Of a stretch of 64,000 nucleotides of DNA, positions 13,935 through 27,601 are shown in pieces. This stretch comes from Piromyces finnis finn. Taxonomy: Eukaryota; Fungi; Neocallimastigomycota. How positions within the stretch are numbered: the stretch's first letter is position 1; each line of letters starts with the position of its first letter. Below the pieces are notes generated by a model. That model was given only the letters and a program-made list of their open reading frames with translations, was not told the origin of the DNA and made no database searches. Where the stretch lies: the NCBI GenBank assembly GCA_002104945.1, contig MCFH01000006.1, positions 930,001-994,000 of the forward strand, in the 5' to 3' direction. The position numbers were made by a program, and so were the translations under genes.

Positions 13935-15767
13935 TTAATTAACTATTTTTTTTTGAGTAACTATTTGTGCATCATTACTGTCAGTTTTTGGTAATGTAAA
14001 ATCATTATCATAAATAGTTCCATTAAAATATTCATATGCTGGATTTGAACTATCATCTTTATCTTCATCATATGCATTTGTATCTTCGTTATCAATATGT
14101 TTATAATGAGATTTTTCAAATTCCTATTAATACATATAAAAATATAAATAAAATTAAAATATTGTTTTTTTTTTTACTAATAATAAATATAATTTATTTA
14201 CCATATTCTTCTTTTTTATAGAATCAATCTCTAGTTCAAGTTTTTTCCCTTTTTTAAATAAATTTGAAAACAAACCATCCGTATTACTAATTGAGTCTTT
14301 TAAAGATGCTAATTGTTTTTCTATATCCGAAATGGTTTTTTTCCATTCTGATGCTTTTAGAATATTTGATTAAATAATAAAAAAAAATAAAATAAATGAT
14401 ATAAGTTATAATATTTAAATGTAATATATTTTAATATTCTTTGGTTAATAAATTACACTCTTTTTCTATATTTTGTATTCTTTCTTCTTGTACTTTTTTC
14501 ATTTCATTTAATTTTTCAATAACTTTAATATTTAAGCAAAAAATATAAAAATTGTAATTACAATTTTTAATAAAAATTTTATGTAATATTAAGAGAATAA
14601 CAATTATACATAAAACATAGTATATATTATTTATTAACCTTTCTCTTTTTCTTTTCTTCTCTTTTCCTTTATCTGCTTTGATTTTTCGATAATGTTTTTT
14701 GAGTAAGTTATAGGAGAGCTTATATTAACAGTCATATTATCAACTAAAGCATTCAGATCTTCTTTATTATATAATTTTTCAGTTTTATTTTTATCAATAT
14801 TTTTTTTATTTAATTCTTCTTTATCATTAATTTCTTCTTTATCAGTACTTTTTTCCAAATATTCATCTTCCTTTTTTATCACTTGGGCATTTTCACTTTT
14901 AACTTCAATTTTTTCTTTATCTTCACTTTCACTTTTGACTTTATTTATATTGCCACTAGATTTTGAATTTTTTTTTGTTTTTGATTGATAATTCTTATTT
15001 AATACTGTTTCAGTTCGTAAAATATCATATTTTGAATTTTCTCTTTTTATTGATCTATTATTTTTAAGTTCTTTCATAATTAATTTATTAAAATTATCGT
15101 TGTTTGGTGAAGTTTTACTTTTTTCTAAGGAACCACCTGTGATTTTTTCAAATCGCTTTTTAATACTTTCACTAGCATTCTCATCAATTTTTTTCATTCG
15201 TTCGGCTATAGATAATGCTTCTTTCTTAAGATTTTCAACATAATTCGAATTATTGCTATCCGATGAACTTTTTTTTGGGTTTGATTTTGCTAAAGCTGTT
15301 GATTTTGTTACTTTCTTTATATTTGGATATCCAAAGTTTGGTATACGTAATTTATGATAAGATTTATGCTTCTCTTTAAGAAACTGTTCTCTTGTATTCT
15401 GTAGATCCTGTAATGCATTTTTTCTATTTGAGTTTGAATTTTTATCCCACTTTTCAATTTTTAAATTCAAATTGCTCATTGATAAATCAGATATTTTACT
15501 TTTATCATTATGCAAATCTTTTTTCTTAGAAACTGTCTTTGGTATAATTATGGTTGTATTTTCAAGAGATTCTTTATACTCTTTGAATGTTTTAAATTTT
15601 TTTAATGTATTTAAAGTCAAACTATTACTACCAGAACTGTCATTATTATAGAAAAGGTCATCAATATCATATAATTTCCTATTATTTGTCGATGTTTCTG
15701 TAACTTTTTTAATATTTAAATTATTATTATCACTAATATTATTTAAAAATTTTTCTTTTGAAAGCAT
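13935..15767 (-). CDS. Hypothetical charged/coiled-coil protein, multi-exon
   Basis: A 377-aa first exon is followed by small GT-AG-bounded exons (ASEWKKTISDIEKQLASLKDS...; ...DSNDAQIVTQKKIVN*). No family was recognised, and the start and splice details are approximate. Confidence 0.6.
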
Positions 15768-17822
15768 CTTTAATGTATTTGATAAAACAGTTTATGTAAT
15801 GATATTTTATATTTTATTATTAACTGTTATGATATCTTTATCTTAAAAATTATATTTATATTATTTTTAATCATTACTAGTGACACAAAGTATATTATTA
15901 TAAATTTTATTAAATCTGTTTATTTTTAAAAATAAAAAAAATTAAAGTTTTCAAATTAATTTATGATAAAACTTTAACTGTCTGTTTTTCAAAATAATAT
16001 TTAAAATGATAAAATTTAAACAAAGAATAAATCTTAATATTAAATAGCCATATTACAACAATAATAACATTAATATTTGATATCTTCAGTTTATCATCCC
16101 AACATTTAAATATAATAATTATTTTATCTTAATACCACAATTTATAAATTTTCTCAACATTTTTATTAATTCTTCCTTTAACAATAAATATTATTAAAAC
16201 CTACATAAAAAAGTTTTAAAATTTTTATATTAATAAATAGTAGATATTATGGGGGAAGATATATAAAAAAGGATAAATTTTAATGTAAATTTTACTCTTT
16301 TACTTAGCATTAATATTATATTAAAAGAAAATTAATTTGAATTACTCTATGGATTATACATTAAAAGATTTTTATCTCTTACATTTAATTCATTTATATA
16401 TTACATTTTATAATAAATTTAATTTACTATCATTCCAGATCGTACAATAATATGTTTAGTATGTTAGGCCACACATTATATTATTTAAAAATATGAACAA
16501 TATTAATTTTTTTTTAAAAAAAAAATATATATATATATATTAAATAAATTAAATCAAATAGGCTTTAATGGAAAAAAAAAAAAAAAAAGTTGCATTAATC
16601 TCTGAAATATTAATATTATTTTTCAATTATTTATTATTATACACTATCCCAATAAAAAAAACTATCTTTATCATTCTTCTATATATTAATAAATAGGAAA
16701 ATTAAAAATGATTAATTAAAAAAAAAATTATTCATTACTTTTAAAATATTTTTATTATTTTTTAATATAATAAAATATAAATATTTGTTGATCATCGTGA
16801 AAATATTATTTAAACTATATACTTTTATGTTAACTATTTATTATAATATATGGTTTTTAAAATGAAATGATAAGATAAAATAAAAAAAGAGAAAGTTAAA
16901 TAGCAAAACTATAAAATTATTTTTAATAAAACAAAATTTTATACATTTTAACTACTAAACTATTCTTTCTATGACTAAATCCAACATAATAATAATTATA
17001 TTTATTGATAATCAATTTTATAATTATATTATTTCAATAATAATATCTATATTTTGTTTATAAAATTAATTATTATTATTATATACTATCTTATATACTA
17101 TCAAATATATATATTATTATTAAAAATTTTTTTACTCCTGTTTTTTCTTTTTTTTTTTTTTTTCCCGTATTTTTTGTTTTTTTCTTTTGAAAATTACTTT
17201 TCTATTTTTCTTTCTTTTTTGTTTTTTTGTTTTTTTTTTGATTTTCGTTACTTTTTTTTTTTTTTGTATTTTTTTTGATTTTCTTTTCTTTTTTTTTTTT
17301 GCTTGTTTGTTAAATTTGTTTTGTTTCACATTTTTCTTTTTCTTTTTTTTTTAACTTTTATTCATTTAGATGAATATTATATAACATAATATATATGTCT
17401 TTTAGTTTAGAGTTTTAGACTGATTACTTATAAACTTTGAATTATACAATATATATTTAAAAATTATTTTACTATTTATAAACAATGTTTAATTGTTAAA
17501 TGTTATTAATTTTATAACTACTATTTAATCACTTTGTTAATATATGTATTTTTATTAATTATTTTCATTAATTTAAAAATAGATAGTATTAACATAAAAT
17601 ATAAAAAATATAATAATATATGCTGTATAATATAATGGTATTAAAATAAATAGATTTAAAATATATTCATAAACGTGTTTATAAAGATAAATAAAACTTT
17701 CAAATTTATATTAAATAATTATAAATAAGTAATAATAATTATAATAGTAAATGATATTAAACTGGTATTTAAATGGAACACTTTTTAGTAAACTATATTC
17801 CACTATTTTAATTATTCTTAGA

Positions 17823-19826
17823 TTATATAACTTGTTTAGTATGAATATCTCGTAGATTTGAAGAATTAATATTCTCTAGATTTTCATAACTACTATTTAA
17901 CTTTTCAAAAGATGCAAGCATTTCTTCTTCAAAACTTAATTCTTTCTCTCTTGATAGCTCAAAATTTATACCATTAGAACTCTTTCTACTTGATTGTCTA
18001 CTAATTATATTAACTTGATCCATCATACTACTCATACGTGGCTGTGGTTTTGGAGGTAACCCATTTTGACTAATTCTATATGGTTGTGGTGACTTTGGAG
18101 ATTGAGCTTGAGCCTTAATAGTTTGTTTTTTAGGTGAAGTTGGTGTTTCCATTTGATTATATTGATTACTCATTGATTGTGAAAATTGTTGAGATGAAGT
18201 AGCTGATTGTCTTCTATTTGGAAATTGATAAGCTTGAATATGAACTGGTGATTTTTGTGGTATTGGATTAGATGGAATACGATTTGGTGTTTGCTGTGGA
18301 GTTCGTGTTTGTATTGGTGGTATTTGCTGTAAAATTGATTGAGGTGGTAATCTATTAACCATCATTTGTTGTTGCTGACTTGTTACAGTTTGAGATTGTA
18401 TTCTTGCAGGAGTAGGTGGTGGAGATTGTTGAGAGTTAATTGTTTGTTGAACTGATTGAGACACGCGATTGGTTGGAGTTGATTCTCTATATATATTTGA
18501 CTGCAACTGTTGAGTTGCTATAAGTTGCGATTGAACACGAGCCGGCGCTTGAGATGTAGGTGATTGTTTGGTCATTATTTGTTGAGATTCTCTACGTACA
18601 GTTTGTAATGGAACTTGTGATTGTGATATTATATTAGATGATGAATTGTTTTCAGGTAAAGATTGTGGTTTCTTATATATATTTTGTTCCTCTGGTGGAA
18701 TAATACCTTCGTTATCTTCACTATCAATATCTGGATTATCACTATAAGTATCAATATCTGGATTATCACTGTAGGGTATATCATCCAATGATTCTGGTAA
18801 AGGAGTAGGTGGATAATCTACAAATTCTTCTTCCTGTGGTAAATCATTATCAAGTCCTGGTATTTTTTTAGTAATGAATGGTGTCATTACGAAATCAGAT
18901 GACATATAATAATTTGAATTTGCTTTTCCGCGACTAGAGTTTGTTCTTGAACGACGTTGTGGTTTCATTGTTCCATTTACAAGAGATCTACTGTCTTGAG
19001 ATGATATTGATGAGGATGAAGAAATAATATTTTGAATAGGATGTGGATTTGATAAATCATTTGACGACTTTTGATTACTCATTAAATGAGCAGGTGTTAA
19101 AGGAGCTACATTTTTTGATATTTGTGATAAATTTACCATACTTCCATTAGTCATATTACTATTATTTCTTTCATATGTTATATCCGATGAATGGAACATT
19201 TTAACCATTGAATCAGTACTTTCAATTCTATATAAATTTTCACTACTTGATTCATCTCTAGAATCAAAACTATAACTCTCATCAGCATCTGGATGTTTGA
19301 TAATATCTCTAGCTTTTGTGTAATTTCTATTAAAATTCTTACTTAAATCAGGCTTTTTCCTATGATTTATTAAGTATTTTAATACAAAGAAGAGTATAAT
19401 TAAGCCAACCAAACCGCAACAGCAAGCTATAAATATCTTGTCTTTAATAATATTCATTGCATCAAAAATTGGTTTATCCTCTTCTTGTGGTTTAGTATTT
19501 TGATTATTTAAATCAATCGGCGAAAATCCTGAACCACCTCCTGAATTCGATACTTGACCTTGAGATTGCGATTCGCTATTAATATTATTATTATTTTCTT
19601 GATAATATTGATTATTATTATTACTTTGGTCATTATAATTGTCATTTTCATAATTATCATTGTCTCTTTCATCTTTATCATTGTTGTTGTCATAATTATC
19701 ATTATTTCTTTCTTCTCTTTCATTTTCATCTCTTCGTTTTTCTAAATATTTTTTGATGAAATCACTTCCTTCATCAAAAAAATTAGAATTATATTTCATA
19801 TTATTTAATATAATTCCCATTTTCAC
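17823..19826 (-). CDS. Hypothetical single-pass membrane protein with a long S/Q/P-rich cytoplasmic tail
   Basis: 667-codon ORF with one TM segment (IFIACCCGLVGLIILFFVLKYLI) followed by basic residues (NHRKK). The true start may lie in an unidentified upstream exon. Confidence 0.75.
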   Translation of the reverse strand: MKMGIILNNMKYNSNFFDEGSDFIKKYLEKRRDENEREERNNDNYDNNNDKDERDNDNYENDNYNDQSNNNNQYYQENNNNINSESQSQGQVSNSGGGSGFSPIDLNNQNTKPQEEDKPIFDAMNIIKDKIFIACCCGLVGLIILFFVLKYLINHRKKPDLSKNFNRNYTKARDIIKHPDADESYSFDSRDESSSENLYRIESTDSMVKMFHSSDITYERNNSNMTNGSMVNLSQISKNVAPLTPAHLMSNQKSSNDLSNPHPIQNIISSSSSISSQDSRSLVNGTMKPQRRSRTNSSRGKANSNYYMSSDFVMTPFITKKIPGLDNDLPQEEEFVDYPPTPLPESLDDIPYSDNPDIDTYSDNPDIDSEDNEGIIPPEEQNIYKKPQSLPENNSSSNIISQSQVPLQTVRRESQQIMTKQSPTSQAPARVQSQLIATQQLQSNIYRESTPTNRVSQSVQQTINSQQSPPPTPARIQSQTVTSQQQQMMVNRLPPQSILQQIPPIQTRTPQQTPNRIPSNPIPQKSPVHIQAYQFPNRRQSATSSQQFSQSMSNQYNQMETPTSPKKQTIKAQAQSPKSPQPYRISQNGLPPKPQPRMSSMMDQVNIISRQSSRKSSNGINFELSREKELSFEEEMLASFEKLNSSYENLENINSSNLRDIHTKQVI

Positions 19827-21611
19827 AGATATTTATTTAGTATTATAACTATTTTTAAAAAAAATAAAATATTAATTATTTCCTTTTTCTAATTTTACTT
19901 AATAAATACACTTTTTTATAGTGTATTTGTTTATTTAATTATTCTATTTAATCACTAATATTTTGATTACTGACTTTCTATTCAAATCTTTTATGATATT
20001 ATTTATAAATAATATCAACAAATCAGTAACAATAATATATTAATATCTTTTTTTTTATTAATATGTTATATAAAAATGATTATATTTATATATTCTAACA
20101 AATAATTTTTTATAAATTATTATTAAAGATACACTTTATTTATTTGAATCATAATTTTCATTATTTTATTTCTATTCTTGTTCAATTTGTAACTGAACTA
20201 GCATTATAATCAATCTATTCCCTTATCCTTTTTTTTTTAAAAAAAAAAAAAGTATATATATTATTTTTATATGTATATTCGTCTAAATATGAAAGTTTTT
20301 AAAGAAAAAAATTTAAATTTTAAAAAAAAAAATAAAATAAAATAAAAAAAGGCAGTTTTTATATAAATAATGTGTATTAATTACATTTTCAAAGTTCTTT
20401 TAATTAAATGTAATTTAATTTAATTTAATTATATGATATTAATATATTATGTTTTAATTAATATACATAATATTTTAAACATTCATATATTATTAATATT
20501 TTATAAATATTATAGTATAATATATTGATATATGTTAGATATATTATAAAGTTAATAATAATATAATATATTGTTTATTTGTTTATTAATATATATAATA
20601 TATTAAGTATAAAAGTTAATTTGTTATTCTTGCAACGTTACACTATCAAATAATAGTGATACATAAATTTATTTATATCATTAATTTAAAGTAATATATT
20701 AATTATCATATACTTTATCTTTTTTGTATATATAATTATTTATAATACATATAAAGAGCATATTTATAGCAATATATTAATGTTTTATTTCTTTTTTTTT
20801 CTCCATTAAATATATTTTTCTTTATTTGATTTATTTTAATGTATCTTCATATATTAAATAAAATAAAGCATATAATTACATAATACTAATAATAATATTT
20901 TAAAAATATATTTAAAACAATATTCAATATTTCAATATTATATATGAAATATATAAAGGATATGCTTTTTTATTCTTCTTTTTTTTTTTGATATATTATT
21001 TTATTGAATTAATTCTTTTTCAACTATCTACAATTTATTAACTGAAAATAGAAATATTTATTAATAAAACTATTATATAAATTTAAATAATTTATGTTGT
21101 AAATAATAAATTTTATATTTTATATATAATATGTTTATTCTATTAGAAAAAAAATATATATATAAAATTTATTATTATTTCATATATTATTAAAATATTT
21201 TAATCAATCAAAATATATTTAAAAACTTTGTTTTATATTGTATATAATAAATATATTGTTTCACAAATAAAATCTATGTATTATATATTGTTACTAGTAC
21301 TTTTTACTAATTTTAAATCTTATTTATTATAATTTTTAAAAATTTATTTAAGAAATAAATAAGAAATAAATCAATGTTTAAAATTTAATTTATAAATATA
21401 ATTTATTAATTGTATTTAAACTTAACACATTATATAAATATAGTTTAATATTAAAATAATACATTTAAATATATTTTTATATATGTAATAAAAAGGAAAA
21501 AAACCTTTATATTATAATATATTTTATTATTATACGTTAATATATATTAAATTATTATATACATTAATTACCCAAGAAATTTATAAACCTTGATACTAAT
21601 ACTAATAATAC

Positions 21612-21642
<31 letters not shown>

Positions 21643-23559
21643 AATAATTATGAAATTATTAGTAATATACTATATCACACATCATAATATGCTTTAAAAA
21701 AAAGAGAATGTTAATAAAGTTTATTTCAGTTTTACTCAAAATTTCCACTAAAATCTATCAATAAACATTCTTTAAATATTTAACAACAGATTATTAAGAG
21801 ATCACATGGAAAATATGGAAAATCTATAGGGATTTATGAAATAAACTTTATAATATAAATAATTGTGTACTTTTTCCACAAATCTACCTTTATAAATCCT
21901 ATATAGGCCTTTTATCATTTTCTTTTTTAAAATCGAATCACTAAAATATATAATAATATTATACTCTAAATTAGATTTGCTAAAAACAGAATATCTCTAT
22001 ATTCCTATACTTCTCTTATCTAATAAAATATTATAATTTTTTACAACTACTTTATAGAAGTAATATTCATTAAAAAAAAATTTCTTGAGGAATATAAATT
22101 AATAAATTTCTTAATATATATTAAATATTAAAAGTCATAATATCTTTAGAAATAAAATTTCAAATATAATTAAAATTAAACTAATAAATTGAAATATAGC
22201 ATGCTATATCATAATAGGATATATTGAACAAATAATAATAGTTATTTTTAAAAGATAAAGCCTTTTAAAGGTATACTTAATTCTATTTTTTCTTTTATAA
22301 TAACACAAGACTTTCTTTTCTTTTGTTGAATATATAATTATTGATAATTACTATATAAATAAGGTTATTTTTTTTTTTTTTGATAATTTGATTGAATAAC
22401 AAATTTAATAAAAACGATAAATAAAATTATAATTAAAAAAATTTTTTATTAAAGTAATTTCTTCAATAATTTATTTATTATGTTCAATGCCACCATTTTG
22501 GAAATTCTGTAAATCTATTGGTTCATAGTTGTGTGAAGTTATCAAAAAAAAAAAAAAAAAGGGAAAAGTAAAAAATGTATACAATTATAAATAAAAATTA
22601 TTATAAAATTAGTAAAGTGGATTAGGGGAAGATAATTATTAATAAATATATAATTAAATAATTAATTAATATGAATTTTTATTAACCTATATTATTAATA
22701 AATTTTAATTAGTAAATAATTTAAAGAATATAAAACATTTCGATTTTTATTATCTATTAAGAAAATAAAGATTTTACAGAAATAATATATTAGTATAAAA
22801 TTTTTTTTTTGTTGTTTGTTTGTTAATTTAATAAAATTATAATAGCAACAATTACGTTTTAAGTAATTAGAAAGACTAAAATGAATATATAAATCAATAT
22901 TGCCAGTACTACACATATATTAAACGACATATAATTTTTCATTTCTCTTTTAAAAAATATAAAAGCAATGTATTATTATCAAAATGATAGTTTTAATTAA
23001 AAAAATTATAAATATGCATAGTATATAAATTGGTTGTTGATAGGTCCAGTGATTCCTTATTCATACTATTTTATGTTTATTGAGCATATAATTATATTAC
23101 TAACTACATATTTTGAAATAAATTATTCAAATATCACGTGTGGCATAAATAAAAGAAAAATGATCAAATATTCTATAAACTACAAACAATAATTCCAAAA
23201 AAAGTAAAATTATTATTTTGAAGTAAAATATTAAAAAAGTGTTCGAGTTTTTAAAAACAAGTTCACAAATTAAATAGAAAATAAATTAAAATTATTGTTG
23301 AAAATACTGTATAGTATACAGTAAATAACTTAAATTAAAATTATGTTATTGAAAATCAATATATTGTATTATCAACATTTTAATTTAGATTTTTATCTCT
23401 TATAAAATTAAAATAAATATATAAAAGTATAACGAATTATGAATAAAATCATTTAAATATAAAACTTACCATATAGAATAAAGTACCGAAATATTGAAAT
23501 TAAAAGAAAAAAAAAATAATTCCAAATTATTTTTTTTTCAAATAGGTAAATATAATAAT

Positions 23560-26500
23560 ATGAATTTAGAAAAAACTAATAAATTCATCACACTAGAAAT
23601 CGAGGATTTATACAAACAAGCATCGAAACATTTTGTTTGTCAACAACTCAAAGAAGCTAATAATCTTTATGAACAATGTATCAATAAACAAAAAAAGTTA
23701 ATAATTCAAAACAATGCGGATATTCGGCATTTATCAAGTTCTTTGGTATTATTATATCTTCAACTGAATGAAAAATTAAATCCAGAAATTGATTGCTGGG
23801 AAATTGCAATCAAACTGTATAATGAATTACCAAATGTTACTCCAGAAATCTTGGTATTTTGGTATATATGTTATTAATATTAAATAAATTGATTTATAAT
23901 ATGAATAATAATTAAATAATTAATTTTTATATGTTAAAATAGTACATTTAATTCTATGAAACGCAAAAAATTAAAAGAAACAAAATTAAAATTTGAAACC
24001 TGGCTTACTAATCAATCGGAAAATTTCTTTATGAGAGTTGCTTATAAACGTCAACCTGAAACAGATATATATAATAAATTAATTGAGATTTATTTACTAA
24101 GAATATTACCAAAATTAAAAGATTGGGATTCAGCAATTGAATTTCTAAATTATAATGACATGATTTCATCTAGAAGAAAAGAGGTAAAATTTTAAAATTT
24201 AATCTATATAATATTTTTGTATAATATATATAATTAATTTGAAAAAATTGTTCATATTAATAAATATGTCATATAGTTATTACAACAAAAAATTAATTCA
24301 ATGAAGGAAAAAGATATAAAATCTTCTATCAAACGAACTTTTTCAATGCCAAGATTAAAACATTCAAAAAGTAAAAAGAAGCAAGATGGTAATTCCTCAT
24401 TCATAGTAATAAATAATGAGGATGATTTCAATGATGATAATAGTTCTATATTTGATTTTGATGATTCTGATAAAAGAAATAATACTTTATCATCTCCAAG
24501 AATTGTTGGTACACTTAGTGCATATGCAAGTAATGAAAATATAAATGATTGTAATAAAATCGATAGCAATATAGTAAAAGAAAAGGAAATAGAAAAGTTA
24601 AATAGTATTCAACAATTGATTAAGGATTATAATGATTCAAATGAAGAATTGCAAAAATTAATTAATCAATTTAAGGAAGGAAATAAAAAATTTAATAATG
24701 AAAAAATTTACTTAAAAAATGAAAGTGATAAAGAAAATCACACTTCCAACAATGATTATAACTATTCCTCTGTCAGAAAATGCTCGAAACATGACCGTTC
24801 AATTAGCTATAACTTGAGTAGAACAAATTCACAATCTTTCTCAGAAAAATCAATAAAAAAGGAAAATGAAAATGTAAATAATTATACACAAAGTCAATGG
24901 TTAAAATCCCCACCAGCAAGACCTACGTTATTAAATTCTGATGATAAAAACAATAGTAGTCCGACAAATAATAACAAAATAAAATCAAATTCAAATGTAT
25001 CGATGACAAATTCAAAAACAGAAACATCTCCAACCATAGATCTAATCAAAATAAAAGCTGGTTCTACGCGTTACAAACAATCAATGTTGACGAAGCAAAA
25101 AAATCGCCCAAAAGGGCATCAAAGTTTAAAAGGATTAAAATCAAAATCTAGCTTCACAAATTTAGAAAAGAATTCCATTCTTGATATTATGAATGCTATT
25201 CCATCTTCACTTTATGAGCCTAGTGAACATTCAAATGCAAATCATTTTACACCAAAAACATCTCAAAATAAAAAACGTAGAGGATCTTTTGATAGTGACA
25301 GTAGTATAACAGAATTAAGTGCTAATAGAAGTATGGATTATGAAAAGAGTAGTTTCAATCTTTTTTCTATGACTTCTCTTACCAATGAAACTCGACTTAA
25401 GAAATCGCAATCTCTATCAACTTGTTCATTTTCTAATGAAGCTAGACTTCCAGATTTCTTTTATGATACACCAAATTATTTAAATGGAAATATTAATAGT
25501 AAAAAAAGAGATATTTTTCCTTCTGTCCGTTTAAATATTAATGAAAGTTATACAGTACCATCTTTGCGTGATAAAAACGGCTATATTATTCAGAATCCTT
25601 CCTCTCCATCTGTGCTTCCATCAAGCCAATCTGTAAATGACATGAATTTCAATAATAATTTTTCAATAAATAAGAATATTGATGAAAAGAACCAAAAAGA
25701 TGGTAATTCATCGTTGATTTCTGATATTTCTTCACCAACTAACTCAGAAAATAAAATGGTAAAAATAAAAGAGAGTTCTTCTTTACGTCCTCGTACTAAA
25801 GAAGGTTATCTAGTTCTTAATATTAAGAAACCATCAACAGTTAGTCACACTGATTCCATGCAACATTCTTGTAGTGAAAGTATGGTAAATTCTTCTTTTT
25901 CAAGAAATATCACTATTCATGATAGTATTATACAAGAATATCGTAATAACGTTAGAGAATGTGAGGATCGTCCATATAACGAAATTAATTCACCAAATGT
26001 ATACCCAACTAATGAAAATGAAGATATTATATATTCAGATTCTTACAACACAAATAATAAAGACCTATTATATTTTCCATCATCTCCGCCACCAACACAA
26101 AATTATTCCTATCTTTATTCTCATTCTCATACCATGAGAAGAGCTGTCACTGCTGACGATCATTTAAACTATCAACAAATACAATATTCAGGAAAAGTTA
26201 ATCATCATTCTTCTAGAAATAAAATGGAAATTATTCCTATGGATGAAAAAGAATGTCAAACAATGCCATTACCACTATACACAAAGTCATCTAAATCAAA
26301 ATCTAAATCTAAAGCACTCGCAAAATATTCTAAACTACATGAGGATAAACAATTATCAGATGCTACTTCTTGTCCTGTTCAAGAACCTATGACCTATGTC
26401 ACATCAAAAATATCAATAAAACCTTCATTAATATCACTTTATAAATCATTACTCTATCTTCTGCATAATTTTTATCGTAAATGTCAGCAACGTATTATGA

Positions 26501-26907
26501 AAATATTTCCTCGTTTATTCCCTCCTTCTTCTCATGCATTAACACCAAACATTATACCTTCTACAAAACCAAATTCAGCTATTCATCTTCATCTTAATAC
26601 TAGGCAAAATGATTCACCCTCACCTTTCATAACACTTTTTTATTCCTATTATCAAAACTATCTTTTATCCCCTATACAACCTATTTTAAAGCAAATTCAA
26701 GATATATTGATTAAAATCAATTTTCCTATACCCAAAAATTCTCCTTTTTGGCGGTATACTACCATTGTGTTGCCTGTATTAATTATTGCTCTTTATAATT
26801 ATCATAAAATAAAACTTCGTCAACCTACACAAAAATCATCCTCTCCTAGTTTACTAACAAAACAATCTTCTTCTTCCTCACCTATTATTATAATTAATCA
26901 TTCATAA
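23560..26907 (+). CDS. PEX26/Pex15/APEM9-like tail-anchored peroxin candidate with a long low-complexity middle
   Basis: Exons 23560-23861, 23943-24183 and 24277-26907 join in frame. The N-terminal helical region (HFVCQQLKEANNLYEQC...FETWL...YNKLIEIYLLRILPKLKDWDSAIEFLNYNDMISSRRKELL) resembles the fungal Pex26 signature (LY.LHVLP...W..A..F). A C-terminal hydrophobic segment reads YTTIVLPVLIIALY. The CDS itself is well supported; the family call is from memory. Confidence 0.55.
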
Positions 26908-27196
26908 TACTTGTCATCTCGCTCACAATGATTAGCCATCATCGGTTTAAATACATTTATATATTTTTTTGATTTTTATAAATCATTACTGAACTATTGA
27001 AAAAGAAATATATATATATTATATAGTATATACGAACACTATAAGTTATAAAGATAAACTAAAGATAAACAATTCACATTTCATTTTTAGTATCTTTAAA
27101 AATAGAAAAGATAAAAGATAAAAAATAAAAGAAAAAAGAAATAAAAAAGAGAAAAAAAAAAAAGTTTTATTATAACTATAATAAAGCAAAAAAAAA

Positions 27197-27233
<37 letters not shown>

Positions 27234-27524
27234 GTGTTAAAAAATAAATAAATAATAAACAAAATAAAATAAATGATAGCAATAAAACTAATAAAAATAA
27301 AACTAATAAAAATAATAATACGTATCTATATTCAAGTGTATATAAATGAATAGTATATTACATATATATTGTATTTAACAAAAATACTGAATATTTGATT
27401 TAATTTTGATTTTATTAAAAAAATTTTAACAAATATTATTCTTTATTGTTGTTGTTTGTATCAATTGGCATAAATAAGATAGTTTTATTATTATTTATAT
27501 TAATTTTAATTATTTTAAGGATCA

Positions 27525-27566
<42 letters not shown>

Positions 27567-27601
27567 AAAATAAGGGAAAAAAAGAAAAAAAAAGGGTAAA
27601 A

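Noticed and set aside
17054-17340. Lys-rich 65-aa and Phe-rich 74-aa ORFs
   Set aside because: They derive from a T-rich low-complexity tract, probably 3' UTR or intergenic, with no coding signature.
21700-22060. Slightly GC-richer patch that looks like a degenerate coding or transposon relic on the minus strand
   Set aside because: Stops in all frames and no motif I can assign.
22695-22916. 73-aa ORF and similar short hydrophobic ORFs (e.g. 700-987, 5874-6062, 13655-13867, 27046-27282, 27446-27700, 44404-44595)
   Set aside because: They span introns or AT-rich intergenic DNA and have compositions expected from low-complexity sequence.
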